Positions 10,900 through 20,678 of a stretch of DNA of 64,000 nucleotides are shown here, one piece after another (the first letter of the stretch is position 1; each line of letters begins with the position of its first letter). Source of the stretch: Gallionella sp. (GTDB lineage: Bacteria > Pseudomonadota > Gammaproteobacteria > Burkholderiales > Gallionellaceae); the NCBI GenBank assembly GCA_025350705.1, contig JANXXH010000079.1, forward strand, positions 1,725 to 65,724, written 5' to 3'. The translations under genes and the position numbers were made by a program. A model generated the notes under the pieces. The model was given only the letters and a program-made list of their open reading frames with translations. It was not told the DNA's origin and did no database searches.

Positions 10900-11457
10900 A
10901 TGGGAACTTCTTATACCACTCCAACAAATCCGGACTGGTGGCGCGAACCGATCGAGCGCACCGAGATAATCTGGATCGTACTTTCATTTGCGTGGTGCCT
11001 GTTCATGTTCGGCTGGATGGTCAGCTGGCACTGGATCGGTAACCAGAACATGCGCAACGAGGCCTACAAAACCACGCCCGATGCGTATTCCAAGAAACTG
11101 GCGGATCAGCTGGCGAAATATTCTGTCCGCAAGGATGCGGCAACCGGTGAAGATGTCGTGGCACCGCCCCCGGGCAGCGATGTTTATCTGGCCGGTATGC
11201 AATGGCAATGGCGTCCCATTCTGGAATTTCAAAAAGGCAAAACCTATCGTCTGCATCTTTCTTCTCTTGATGTGGGTCATGGTTTCTCGTTGCAGCCTGA
11301 GAACATCAACTTTCAGGTTTATCCGGGCTACGAGCAGGTGCTCAATTTGACCCCGAACAAATCCGGCACGTTCAGCGTGGTATGCGGTGAATACTGCGGC
11401 GGCGTTAACGCTATGGGCCATCACACGATGTTAGGCAGAATTTACGTTAAGGAGTAA
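10900..11457 (+). CDS. Heme-copper enzyme subunit II (CuA cupredoxin)
   Basis: One TM helix, DVGHG and CGEYCG..GHHTM CuA ligands. Confidence 0.92.
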   Translation: MGTSYTTPTNPDWWREPIERTEIIWIVLSFAWCLFMFGWMVSWHWIGNQNMRNEAYKTTPDAYSKKLADQLAKYSVRKDAATGEDVVAPPPGSDVYLAGMQWQWRPILEFQKGKTYRLHLSSLDVGHGFSLQPENINFQVYPGYEQVLNLTPNKSGTFSVVCGEYCGGVNAMGHHTMLGRIYVKE

Positions 11458-11463
11458 ATAAAA

Positions 11464-13179
11464 ATGGCGACCACTACATTATCTGAATATCGTGTTGATC
11501 CTGTATCCGGCCTCAAGATCAACAGGACGGCGAACACTCTGGTTAAGTGGAATGCGTTTGCAGCAGTCGTATTTTTGCTGGTAGGCGGGCTGTTTGGCCT
11601 CGGGGTGGCGCTTACCCGCATGCCGAGTGTGCAGTTGCTCCCGCCCGAGATGTTCTACATGTTCCTGACGGCTCATGGCCTTATTAATCTGGCGGTATGG
11701 ATCATCTTCTTTGAGATGGCCGTATTGTATTTTCTGGGTGCGCATGTGCTGGGCAACCGGCTGGCGACCCCCCGCTTTGCATGGGCGCAGTTCTGGCTGA
11801 TGCTGGTTGGTGCGGCGATGGTCGCGGTGGCCGTGCTGGGAGGTAATTCCAGTGTGATGATGACCTCCTATCCGCCCTTGGAAGCGGCCCCGCATTTTTA
11901 TCTGGGCTTGATCCTGTTCGCAGTGGGTGCGTTGATCGGCTGCTTCGTGTTTCTCGGCACGCTGGTGGTTGCCAAGAAAGAAAAAACCTACAGCGGATCG
12001 CTTCCGCTGGTGGTGTTCGGCGGCGTGACGGCTTGCGTGATCGCGATATTCACGATCGTTTCCGGCGCGCTGATCCTGATCCCGACCTTTATCTGGTCGT
12101 TACATATAATCGATGGCTTCACTATTAATCCAATGATGTACCGGGTCGTATGGTGGGCGTTCGGCCACTCCTCGCAACAGATCAACGTGGTCACGCATAT
12201 CTCCATCTGGTATCTGATCGCGTCATTGGTGTTCGGCGCCAAGCCGATGTCCGAGAAGGTGAGCCGTTTTGCGTTCCTGTTGTATATCCTGTTCCTGCAA
12301 CTGGGTTCGGTGCACCATCTGCTGTCTGATCCCGGGTTGACTTCTGCATGGAAGATATTTAACACCAGCTACATGATCTATCTCGCAGTGTTGGCCAGCA
12401 TGATCCACGGTTTGACCGTTCCCGGCTCCATTGAAGTAGCACAACGCAAGAAGGGTATGGATGCAGGTTTGTTTACCTGGCTGCGCAAAGCACCCTGGGG
12501 CAATCCGGTCTTCTCCGGCATGTTCCTGTCGCTGGTCGGTTTCGGTTTCATCGGCGGCATCACGGGTGTGGTGATGAGCGTGGAACAGATCAACATGATC
12601 ATCCACAACACGATGTATCTGCCGGGGCATTTCCATGGCACTCTGGTAGCAGGTACCACGATGGCGTTTATGGCGGTGACTTATTGGCTGATCCCGGTGG
12701 TGTTCCAGCGCAAGATAGCTTTGGCCGGGGTGGCGAAATTGCAGCCCTATGTCTTTAGTCTGGGTGCCTGGGTCTTCTCGATCTCACTGATGGGTGCCGG
12801 TACGCTGGGTGTGCAGCGCCGTCATGCGGATATCACTTTTGCCGGCCAGCCTTTGGCTTATGAGTATCCTGAAATCGCCAAGGGCCTGATGGACTTCGGC
12901 GAGATCTTCGCGGTGATCATGTCGGTCGGCGCGATCATGTTCATCATCGTCGTGCTGGCGTCCATTTTTGCAGGTGAGCGCATTCCGGAAGGTTCCGCAC
13001 CATGGCCGAAAGTTGAAGATGCCGATGTCGCGTTTGCTAAGACCGGCAAGAAACATATCGGTATCGGCGGCTTCGAAGCACCGGGTACTTTTGTGCTGGC
13101 CTTGATCCTGTTCGTGACTCTCGTGTTGTACTATTTTATCAACTTCAAGTATCTGTCCACGGTGTGGGGCATGTCCTAG
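11464..13179 (+). CDS. Heme-copper superfamily subunit I, eNOR-type nitric oxide reductase
   Basis: Six His ligands (TAHG, FGHSSQQ, VHHL, GHFHG); cross-linking Tyr of HPxVY replaced by Gln. Confidence 0.82.
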   Translation: MATTTLSEYRVDPVSGLKINRTANTLVKWNAFAAVVFLLVGGLFGLGVALTRMPSVQLLPPEMFYMFLTAHGLINLAVWIIFFEMAVLYFLGAHVLGNRLATPRFAWAQFWLMLVGAAMVAVAVLGGNSSVMMTSYPPLEAAPHFYLGLILFAVGALIGCFVFLGTLVVAKKEKTYSGSLPLVVFGGVTACVIAIFTIVSGALILIPTFIWSLHIIDGFTINPMMYRVVWWAFGHSSQQINVVTHISIWYLIASLVFGAKPMSEKVSRFAFLLYILFLQLGSVHHLLSDPGLTSAWKIFNTSYMIYLAVLASMIHGLTVPGSIEVAQRKKGMDAGLFTWLRKAPWGNPVFSGMFLSLVGFGFIGGITGVVMSVEQINMIIHNTMYLPGHFHGTLVAGTTMAFMAVTYWLIPVVFQRKIALAGVAKLQPYVFSLGAWVFSISLMGAGTLGVQRRHADITFAGQPLAYEYPEIAKGLMDFGEIFAVIMSVGAIMFIIVVLASIFAGERIPEGSAPWPKVEDADVAFAKTGKKHIGIGGFEAPGTFVLALILFVTLVLYYFINFKYLSTVWGMS

Positions 13180-13191
13180 AAACGAGATGAT

Positions 13192-13215
13192 GGAAAGGGT
13201 GCAATGGCCCTTTCC
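13192..13215 (+). other. Intergenic hairpin
   Basis: GGAAAGGG...CCCTTTCC stem with no U tract. Confidence 0.45.
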
Positions 13216-13247
13216 TGATTCCAGCTGGACCAGAGAGGGAGCATAAG

Positions 13248-14108
13248 ATGATGATCAGACAATATATCGATGTATTCAAGTTGCGCATCGGATTGGTGAT
13301 TACCTTTGCCGCATTGGGCGGCATGGCGATCACACCGGGCGCGTCCTTGCCGATATGGAAGATACTGGTTCTTTCGCTGACGGTCCTGATGGGGTCGGCG
13401 GCGGCCGGAGCCTTCAACCAATACAGCGAGCGCGACATGGATGCGAAAATGCCGCGCACCAGGAACCGGCCATTCGTGACAGGTTATTTTCAGCATGGCT
13501 TGAAGTGGCTGGCGATAATCGGGTTGCTGCTTCTGGTTGCGGTAGCGACTGCGGCATACGTGCTGAATGCGATGGCTGCACTGAATATTTTTCTCGGCGC
13601 GTTCACTTACGCCATCGTTTATACGGTATGGCTGAAGCGGCGTACCTGGCTGAATATCGTATTCGGCGGATTGGCCGGCAGCTTCGCGGTGCTTGCGGGC
13701 GCGGCAGCGGTCGATCCTTCGTTCGGCCCGCTTCCGGGATTGTTGGCGCTGGTGCTGTTCCTGTGGACACCGCCGCATTTCTGGAGTCTGGCGATAGCCA
13801 TTCGCGATCAGTATGCCGCAGCAGGAGTGCCGATGCTGCCCGTGGTAAAAGGCGACCAGAAAGCAGCGCAAATCATATTGGGGCACACCATTCTGCTGGT
13901 GTTCGTATCGCTGATGCCGATGTATTACGGTTTAAGCTGGATCTATCTCGCTGGTGCCTTGTCGGGTGGCGGTTACTTCCTGATCAAGAGCGTGCAACTG
14001 GTGCAGAATCCGACGAGAAAAACGGCAATGGCTAATTTCTTCGCGTCACTGGTGCAGATCAGTTTATTGATGTTCGCGCTGATGCTGGAAGTGCTATTCG
14101 CCGGCTGA
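13248..14108 (+). CDS. ctaB: Protoheme IX farnesyltransferase (heme o synthase)
   Basis: NQYSERDMDAKMPRTRNRP, YTVWLKRRT, WTPPHFWSL. Confidence 0.95.
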   Translation: MMIRQYIDVFKLRIGLVITFAALGGMAITPGASLPIWKILVLSLTVLMGSAAAGAFNQYSERDMDAKMPRTRNRPFVTGYFQHGLKWLAIIGLLLLVAVATAAYVLNAMAALNIFLGAFTYAIVYTVWLKRRTWLNIVFGGLAGSFAVLAGAAAVDPSFGPLPGLLALVLFLWTPPHFWSLAIAIRDQYAAAGVPMLPVVKGDQKAAQIILGHTILLVFVSLMPMYYGLSWIYLAGALSGGGYFLIKSVQLVQNPTRKTAMANFFASLVQISLLMFALMLEVLFAG

Positions 14109-14128
14109 CTCCCGCTTTGTTCAAATAG

Positions 14129-14168
14129 ACATCCCGTCTGGTATGCGCACAGACGGGATGTTTTGTTT
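14129..14168 (+). terminator. Rho-independent terminator
   Basis: ACATCCCGTCTG/CAGACGGGATGT 12-bp stem followed by TTTGTTT. Confidence 0.75.
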
Positions 14169-14228
14169 AATGAAGGACAAATTATTTTTAGACAGGCTCA
14201 GGTGCTATCATTTCCATGGGCCAACTAT

Positions 14229-15137
14229 ATGAAAGCATCCCTCATGCATCGCTGCTTATTGCCGCTTATCGGGGCGGTTCTGTTGATTGCAACCGCGCCT
14301 TCCCCGGCTCAGGATGGCGATACCGATGGCATCAGGCTGTATAAAAACGCCGTATCTAATGCGAAGCTGCATGTGCAACCGGAAAAGGTCGTCACTCAGG
14401 TTTTTGATGAGAAGGATGCCCTGAAAATAAGCCAGGCCGCGATAGGCCAACAACTTGGCGATTACACTTTTTTGAATCGCAGCGGGCATACCGTGCGATT
14501 GTCAGACTATCGGGGCAAGCCGCTGGTCATCGACATGATCTATACCCATTGCCCGTTTGTCTGCGCCATCAAGACCCGCAACCTGGAAGCGCTCAAACTG
14601 TCTCTGGATGCATTAGGGGCTGACAGTTTCGGAGTGATGACGATCGGTTTCGATACCGAGAACGATACGCCGGAAGCGATGGATGATTTCGGCAAACGTA
14701 TGGATGCGAAAATGCCCAACTGGGAATTCGTCAGCGCGGACGCGGATACGATAAAAAAATTGAGCAAGGATCTGGGATTTGTTTTTTTTCCTTCACCCGC
14801 AGGCGGCTTCGATCATATAACCCAAACCTCTTTTGTCGATGGGCAAGGCAAGGTCTACCAACAGATCTACGGAGAAGAGTTTGACAACAAGACGCTGCTC
14901 GAGCCGTTGAAGAACATGATCTATAACATCAAGGCGGCGGAGCCGGGATTGGCTGGCCTATCGAACAGGGTGCGGCTATTTTGCACGGTGTATGACGCCA
15001 GGACAGGGAAATACAATGTCGATTACAGTTATTTTTATGGCATTGGTATGGGGATATTCGTTTCGATATTTATTACCTGGTGGATCGTGGTCGAATATCG
15101 ACGCAGCCCCAAGCGTAGCAAGCCAAACCATGTTTGA
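14229..15137 (+). CDS. SCO-family copper chaperone with C-terminal TM anchor
   Basis: Signal peptide, CPFVC motif, distal His (FDHIT). Confidence 0.88.
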   Translation: MKASLMHRCLLPLIGAVLLIATAPSPAQDGDTDGIRLYKNAVSNAKLHVQPEKVVTQVFDEKDALKISQAAIGQQLGDYTFLNRSGHTVRLSDYRGKPLVIDMIYTHCPFVCAIKTRNLEALKLSLDALGADSFGVMTIGFDTENDTPEAMDDFGKRMDAKMPNWEFVSADADTIKKLSKDLGFVFFPSPAGGFDHITQTSFVDGQGKVYQQIYGEEFDNKTLLEPLKNMIYNIKAAEPGLAGLSNRVRLFCTVYDARTGKYNVDYSYFYGIGMGIFVSIFITWWIVVEYRRSPKRSKPNHV

Positions 15138-15207
15138 TAAAGGTAGAAAAAACTTTCTTTGTGTGACTACACTGGAATCGTCGATATTATTTACATAGAA
15201 AAATAAA

Positions 15208-17148
15208 GTGATCAAATTCATCCATCGTACCGGCCAGAGCATTTTTTTAATTCTGGAAAACGGACTCAACGGCGTATTCTGGCCGGCACTGAACCCGCTT
15301 TATTTTTTGGGCGCGATCACCTACTGGATGTTCTGGATCATCGTCGTCAGCGGTTTTTATATCTATGCCTTTTACGATACCGGCGTAAATGACGCCTTCA
15401 ATTCGGTGGAGCGTATCACCCACGGGCAATGGTATCTGGGCGGTATCATGCGCAGCCTGCATCGTTATGCTTCCGACGGGATGGTGCTGGCCGCGGTATT
15501 GCACATGCTGCGCAATTTCTTCTTCGACCGCTACCGGAATTTCCGCTGGTTCTCGTGGTACACCGGCGTCATCGTGCTGTGGCTGATCTATATCGCAGGC
15601 ATCAACGGTTACTGGCTGGTCTGGGACAAGCTCGCGCAGTTCGTCGCGGTGGCGAGCGCAGAGTGGCTGGATGCGCTGCCGATCTTCAGTGTTCCGATGG
15701 CGCGCAATTTTCTGGAGCAGGGCAGCGTGAACGACCGCTTCTTCTCGCTGCTATCGTTCATTCATCTGGGCGTTCCGCTGGGCGCCTTTGCACTGATCTG
15801 GATACACACTCAGCGCGTTCCGCAGGCCAAGACCTCGCCGCCGCAAGCGCTCAAGATCGGATTGGTTTTATCCATGATCGCGCTTGCGCTGCTCAAGCCT
15901 GCGTTAAGCCAGGGTCAAGCGGATCTGGACTCGATTTCATCCATGCTGAATCTGGACTGGTTCTATCTGTGGAGCTATCCGTTGATCTACACATGGGGTC
16001 CCGGCAAAGTGTGGATCCTGGCAGGCGGCGTGACCGGCTTTCTTTTGTTGTTGCCGTTTTTAGGCGGGAAGAAACGCGTCAAGGATGATTATGAGATCAC
16101 CGCTGTTCCCGGTGGGCGCAAGTTTACGGTCAAGGTGGGCGAGACCATACTTGAGGCCGCACTGAATCAGGGAGTGAATCTGCCGTATCAATGCCGCGAC
16201 GGTGCGTGCGGAACCTGCAAGGGCAAGGTACTGCGAGGCAAGGTCGATTATGGTACTTACCAGCAAGGCGTGCTCAGCGATGCGGAAAAAGCACAAGGCA
16301 TGGCATTGTTCTGCTGTGCCAAGCCATTAACCGATCTGCACATAGAGTGCCATGAAATCGCAGAGCTGGTGAAATTCCCGGCGAAGACGATAAATTTCAG
16401 CGTGCAGAAAATGGAACGTGCGGCGCAGGATGTGATGCTGATCGAATTGCAGCCCGAGGAAGATGCACAGATGGATTTTATCTCCGGCCAGTATATTGCT
16501 GTGCTGCTGGATGATGGCAGCAAACGCAGTTTCTCCATTGCCAATGCACCGCATGAAACAGACCGGTTGCAACTGCATATCCGTCTGGTGGAAGGCGGCA
16601 AATTCACCAGCCATGTCTTCAATAAAATGAAACAGGGTGATGTGCTGCAAGCGGAAGGCCCGCTCGGCACTTTCTTTATGCATGAAGACAGCGGCAAGCC
16701 CATCATCTTCATGGCGGGTGGCACAGGCTTCGCGCCGGTCAAGAGCATGGTGGAACATGCATTCAATATCGGGCTGAAGCGTCCCATGGTGTTGTACTGG
16801 GGAGCCAGGACACCGGCTGATCTGTACCTCGCGGCCTTGCCGGAAAAGTGGCAACAGGAGCATGACAACTTCAAGTTCATTCCGGTTTTGTCAGAGCCCA
16901 AACCCGAGCATGGCTGGCAGGGCAGATCCGGCCTGGTTCATGAAGCCATATTGCAGGATCATCAAAATCTGGACAGTTATCAGGTTTATGCCTGCGGGCC
17001 ACCGGTGATGATCGATGCAGGCCGTGCGGCATTCGTCGCGAAGGGATTGCCTGAAGACCAATATTATTCCGACGCCTTTCTGTTTACTCATTACAAGACT
17101 CCGGTTGTAGAACCTTCGCTATCCTCTGAGGGAGTGACGCATGACTAA
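15208..17148 (+). CDS. Cytochrome b/b6-like domain fused to [2Fe-2S] ferredoxin-FAD-NAD(P)H reductase
   Basis: Four heme His (SLHRY, VLHML, FIHLG, WIHTQ); CRDGACGTC..C; RSFSIA; GGTGFAP; CGPP. Confidence 0.9.
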   Translation: MIKFIHRTGQSIFLILENGLNGVFWPALNPLYFLGAITYWMFWIIVVSGFYIYAFYDTGVNDAFNSVERITHGQWYLGGIMRSLHRYASDGMVLAAVLHMLRNFFFDRYRNFRWFSWYTGVIVLWLIYIAGINGYWLVWDKLAQFVAVASAEWLDALPIFSVPMARNFLEQGSVNDRFFSLLSFIHLGVPLGAFALIWIHTQRVPQAKTSPPQALKIGLVLSMIALALLKPALSQGQADLDSISSMLNLDWFYLWSYPLIYTWGPGKVWILAGGVTGFLLLLPFLGGKKRVKDDYEITAVPGGRKFTVKVGETILEAALNQGVNLPYQCRDGACGTCKGKVLRGKVDYGTYQQGVLSDAEKAQGMALFCCAKPLTDLHIECHEIAELVKFPAKTINFSVQKMERAAQDVMLIELQPEEDAQMDFISGQYIAVLLDDGSKRSFSIANAPHETDRLQLHIRLVEGGKFTSHVFNKMKQGDVLQAEGPLGTFFMHEDSGKPIIFMAGGTGFAPVKSMVEHAFNIGLKRPMVLYWGARTPADLYLAALPEKWQQEHDNFKFIPVLSEPKPEHGWQGRSGLVHEAILQDHQNLDSYQVYACGPPVMIDAGRAAFVAKGLPEDQYYSDAFLFTHYKTPVVEPSLSSEGVTHD

Positions 17149-17689
17149 GCCGCTACAATATCCCGTGTTTTTGCAATATCTGGGGCAAGGATTGTTCTAT
17201 GCCATGTTCGTGGCCGTGATCGGTTTCTTCTCTACTTCTCCGGCATATACCCACCTGCCGCCTGACGAGACGCTGATCAAGCTGAGTTTCAGGCATGCCG
17301 GTCAGCTCAAGGGCGAGTGCCGCGACTTCACCCCTGAAGAACTTGCCAAGTTGCCCGCATACAAACGCAAAGGGACCAAAGAATGTCCGCGCGAGCGCGC
17401 CGATGTGGTCGTCGAGCTGGAAATGGACGGCAAGCAGCTCTATCATGAGATATTGCGGCCGACCGGTTGGGCACACAGCAGCACGTCGAATATATACCGG
17501 CGTATTCCGGTGAAGGCCGGCGTTCATAACCTGAAGGCGCGTCTCAGGGATCATGACGGAAATGATTTTAATTTTACCCATGAAGAAACGGTAACCCTTG
17601 CGCCGGGGCGCATTCTGGTGATCGATTTCAAGGATGCGGACGGCGGATTTATTTTCAAGAACAAGATTAAATTTGGAGATAACGGATGA
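17141..17689 (+). CDS. Membrane-anchored hypothetical protein with two Cys
   Basis: Overlaps both neighbours; N-terminal TM helix; GEC and ECPRER. Confidence 0.8.
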   Translation: MTKPLQYPVFLQYLGQGLFYAMFVAVIGFFSTSPAYTHLPPDETLIKLSFRHAGQLKGECRDFTPEELAKLPAYKRKGTKECPRERADVVVELEMDGKQLYHEILRPTGWAHSSTSNIYRRIPVKAGVHNLKARLRDHDGNDFNFTHEETVTLAPGRILVIDFKDADGGFIFKNKIKFGDNG

Positions 17690-19080
17690 GTTCAACACAT
17701 CAGCAAACAGGTATCGAAATAGGTGATGGCGGTGCACGCGGATTCGCGCTTTCGATGCCGTCGGAGGCCGGCCGCAGATTAGCTTCCGGCTGGTTGTGGC
17801 TGGGCTTGGCATCGCTGGTGGGAGCGGGGCTGTTCGCCATTCTGTTGGTGCTAGCGCGCACTCCCTATTTTCAGGATTTCTTTCCCTGGGTCGATTTCTT
17901 TCATACCGCATTGGTGGTGCATGTCGATCTGTCGGTGCTGCTGTGGTTCCTTGCATTCGCCGGAGTGTTGTGGAGCCTGAATTCCTCATCCAGATTTATC
18001 GTCATAGGCTGGCTGGCCTTGGTGCTCGCGGCCAATGGTGCCGTGATGATCGTCTTGTCTCCTTTTGTTGAGACAGGTATACCTGTGATGAGTAATTATG
18101 TGCCGGTCATTCATAGTACTTTCTTCATGATGGGGTTGATCGTTTTTGCCGTAGGCATCGCATTGCTGGTGCTGCGCAGCTTGATCGCGCTGCCCGCTGC
18201 AAATCTGTGGCGGGGAGCGGAAGGATCGATACGGTTTGGTTTTTTGGCCGCCGCTATTTCCACACTGTTCGCGCTGGCCGCTTTCGGCTGGTCATACATC
18301 ATGATTCCCGGCACATACGACACCACGCAATATTATGACCTCCTGTTCTGGGGTAGCGGACATGTGCTGCAGTTCACCTATCTGCTGTTGATGCTGGCCG
18401 GATGGCTGTGGCTGGCGGATGCCTGCGGCGCAAGCATCCCGCTGACCCCGCGGATCGCGACAGTCCTGCTGATGCTGGTGCTGTTGCCGATATTCTATGT
18501 CCCCGTTATCTACCTCACCTATGCAGGTTCGTTGCCTGACTACATGGGACAGTTCACCCAGTTGATGAAAGTGGGCGGCGCTTTTGGTCCTGTGCCCATT
18601 GCGCTGGCCATTGTATACGGGATCGTGAAAGGCGAACGCACATCGGCGACTGGCCCGCAACGCGCGGCATTGCTGTCATCCATGTTCCTGTTTGCGATCG
18701 GCGGAGGCATCAGCCTGATGATCAGGGACAGCAACACCATCATCACCGCGCACTATCACGGAACCGGAGGCGCGATCAGCCTCGCCTTCATGGGGCTCAC
18801 CTTCCATCTGCTGCAACGCCTCGGCTACCGCGAGCCGGATCTGAAGTGGGCGACACTGATGCCTTACATATACGGCGCGGGTCAGGCGCTCCACATCTTC
18901 GGCTTGCTGTGGTCAGGCGGCTATGGCGTGCAGCGCAAGGTGGCAGGCGCCGCGCAAGAGCTGCATGGCTTCGCGCAGAAAGCAGGCATGGGATTGATGG
19001 GCTTCGGCGGACTGATCGCCGTGATCGGCGGTATTGTATTTCTGGTGGTGGTGTTCAGAGCCATGCGGCGGATGAAGTAA
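17686..19080 (+). CDS. Degenerate heme-copper subunit-I paralog
   Basis: About 12 TM segments; VVHVD, FWGSGHVLQF, AHYHG, YGVQRK; no HH pair. Confidence 0.75.
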   Translation: MSSTHQQTGIEIGDGGARGFALSMPSEAGRRLASGWLWLGLASLVGAGLFAILLVLARTPYFQDFFPWVDFFHTALVVHVDLSVLLWFLAFAGVLWSLNSSSRFIVIGWLALVLAANGAVMIVLSPFVETGIPVMSNYVPVIHSTFFMMGLIVFAVGIALLVLRSLIALPAANLWRGAEGSIRFGFLAAAISTLFALAAFGWSYIMIPGTYDTTQYYDLLFWGSGHVLQFTYLLLMLAGWLWLADACGASIPLTPRIATVLLMLVLLPIFYVPVIYLTYAGSLPDYMGQFTQLMKVGGAFGPVPIALAIVYGIVKGERTSATGPQRAALLSSMFLFAIGGGISLMIRDSNTIITAHYHGTGGAISLAFMGLTFHLLQRLGYREPDLKWATLMPYIYGAGQALHIFGLLWSGGYGVQRKVAGAAQELHGFAQKAGMGLMGFGGLIAVIGGIVFLVVVFRAMRRMK

Positions 19081-19286
19081 AAAGGAACAACTCATTACAA
19101 AAAAGTCTCGGCGTCAATATCGGGCATCAATGACGCAAGCCCCGCTCAAATCATGTTGATGTTTTAGGGGTGAAAAAGCGAGCTACCGCATTGTGCCAAT
19201 TCCAGTACTTCTTTCGTATAGCGTTCAAGCCCCCTGCCAAGTGCAGTCGCTCGGGAAGGTACTCCATAGCAGATTAGGCATCAGAA

Positions 19287-20258
19287 ATGAATCAGAGGAT
19301 TAATCAGAAGTTGTTGGTTTGTGTATGCTTGTTTGCGTTGGGCGCGCAAGTATTTGCAGATTCGCTGCCTGATGCATCGATAGATATTTACGAAGAGAAA
19401 TATTTCTATGCAGAGAAAGCTCTTGATGCAGGCGACTATGTAAAAGCTGAAAAATTACTAAGAACGCTGGCTGAACAAGGTTATGCTCAAGCACAATTCA
19501 AACTTGGGTTGATATATGCCCTGGGAAATGGTGTTCCTCAAGATTATAAAGAGGCGGTGAAGTGGCATCGGCTGGCAGCAGAACAGGGTCTCGGTAATGC
19601 ACAATTTAATCTTGGGGTGATGTATGACCAAGGAAATGGTGTTCCTCAAGATTACAAAGAAGCGGTGAAGTGGTATCTACTAGCCGCAGGACATGGTATC
19701 GCTGAAGCACAAGATAATCTTGGATTGATGTATAGCAATGGGCAGGGTGTTCCTCAGGAGTACACCGAAGCGGTGAAGTGGCATCGGCTGGCAGCAGAAC
19801 AGAATTTTCCTAGCGCACAAACAAACCTTGGGACGAAGTATTACTTGGGGCAGGGTGTCACTCAAGATTTTCATATGGCAGTGGGGTGGTGGCGGCGGGC
19901 AGAACGTGGCAATTCTAAAGCTCAATTCAATCTTGGGTTGATGTATGACCTGGGGAAGGGTGTTTCCCAAGAATACAAAGAAGCGCTGAAGTGGTATCGG
20001 TTGGCCGCAGAACAAGGTCATGCTTCAGCACAATTAAATCTTGGGGTGATGTATGGCAACGGACAAGGAGTGCCTAAAAACCATGTTCTGGCATATATGT
20101 GGGCATACATAGCAACTACCAATGACGCATCCAGCAAGATACAAAAACTTTCTACGGAAGTCCTATCTTTAGTTGCGAGACAAATGAAATCTAACCAAAT
20201 AGCCGAAGCGCGTGAACTAGCCGGAAAATGTATCTCAAATAAATTTAAGGGGTGTTAG
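19287..20258 (+). CDS. Secreted Sel1-like repeat protein
   Basis: 36-aa AQFNLGVMY..G.GVPQDYKEAVKW repeats; visibly AT-richer than flanks. Confidence 0.93.
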   Translation: MNQRINQKLLVCVCLFALGAQVFADSLPDASIDIYEEKYFYAEKALDAGDYVKAEKLLRTLAEQGYAQAQFKLGLIYALGNGVPQDYKEAVKWHRLAAEQGLGNAQFNLGVMYDQGNGVPQDYKEAVKWYLLAAGHGIAEAQDNLGLMYSNGQGVPQEYTEAVKWHRLAAEQNFPSAQTNLGTKYYLGQGVTQDFHMAVGWWRRAERGNSKAQFNLGLMYDLGKGVSQEYKEALKWYRLAAEQGHASAQLNLGVMYGNGQGVPKNHVLAYMWAYIATTNDASSKIQKLSTEVLSLVARQMKSNQIAEARELAGKCISNKFKGC

Positions 20259-20361
20259 TAAATCAGGGTGTAAGTCATATCAAACCGTGAACGACCGCTA
20301 ACGAAAATTTTGAATGTCTGCATCGGAAGCAGAAGTTGGCGTTATCCGAAGCGACTCTTTA

Positions 20362-20559
20362 TTATTCCGAGGGCTGCACAAAATAATTGATCAAGCCGAA
20401 CGTGATACATGCCAGCGTCAATATAATCACGAAGAAAATGAGACTGCGCAAGCCGCGATTCTGGAAACGTTCTCCGCGCGAGATTTCGATGCGGTCGAGT
20501 AACCAGTCGGACATGAAGTAGAGGCCGCCAGCGATCAGTGTGTAGTAGATGACTTCCAT
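20362..20559 (-). CDS. Small 2-TM hypothetical protein
   Basis: 65 aa, two hydrophobic segments, AGGGA RBS. Confidence 0.7.
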   Translation of the reverse strand: MEVIYYTLIAGGLYFMSDWLLDRIEISRGERFQNRGLRSLIFFVIILTLACITFGLINYFVQPSE

Positions 20560-20678
20560 GTTATTGTCCCTAGATAGTTAACGCACGCACATTATATGAT
20601 GCCGCCGGTCTTCGCAGAGATGGATTCAAGCTATTGTTTCAGATACCCTGATGATGGTTTTGATTCGAGGACATTGAA

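Noticed and set aside
15208-16080. Calling the cytochrome b genes petB of a bc1 complex
   Set aside because: No Rieske or c1 neighbours, PEWY absent, fused to soluble redox domains
19470-20090. Regularly spaced repeats resembling a CRISPR array
   Set aside because: 108-bp period inside a Sel1 coding sequence; no unique spacers or cas genes
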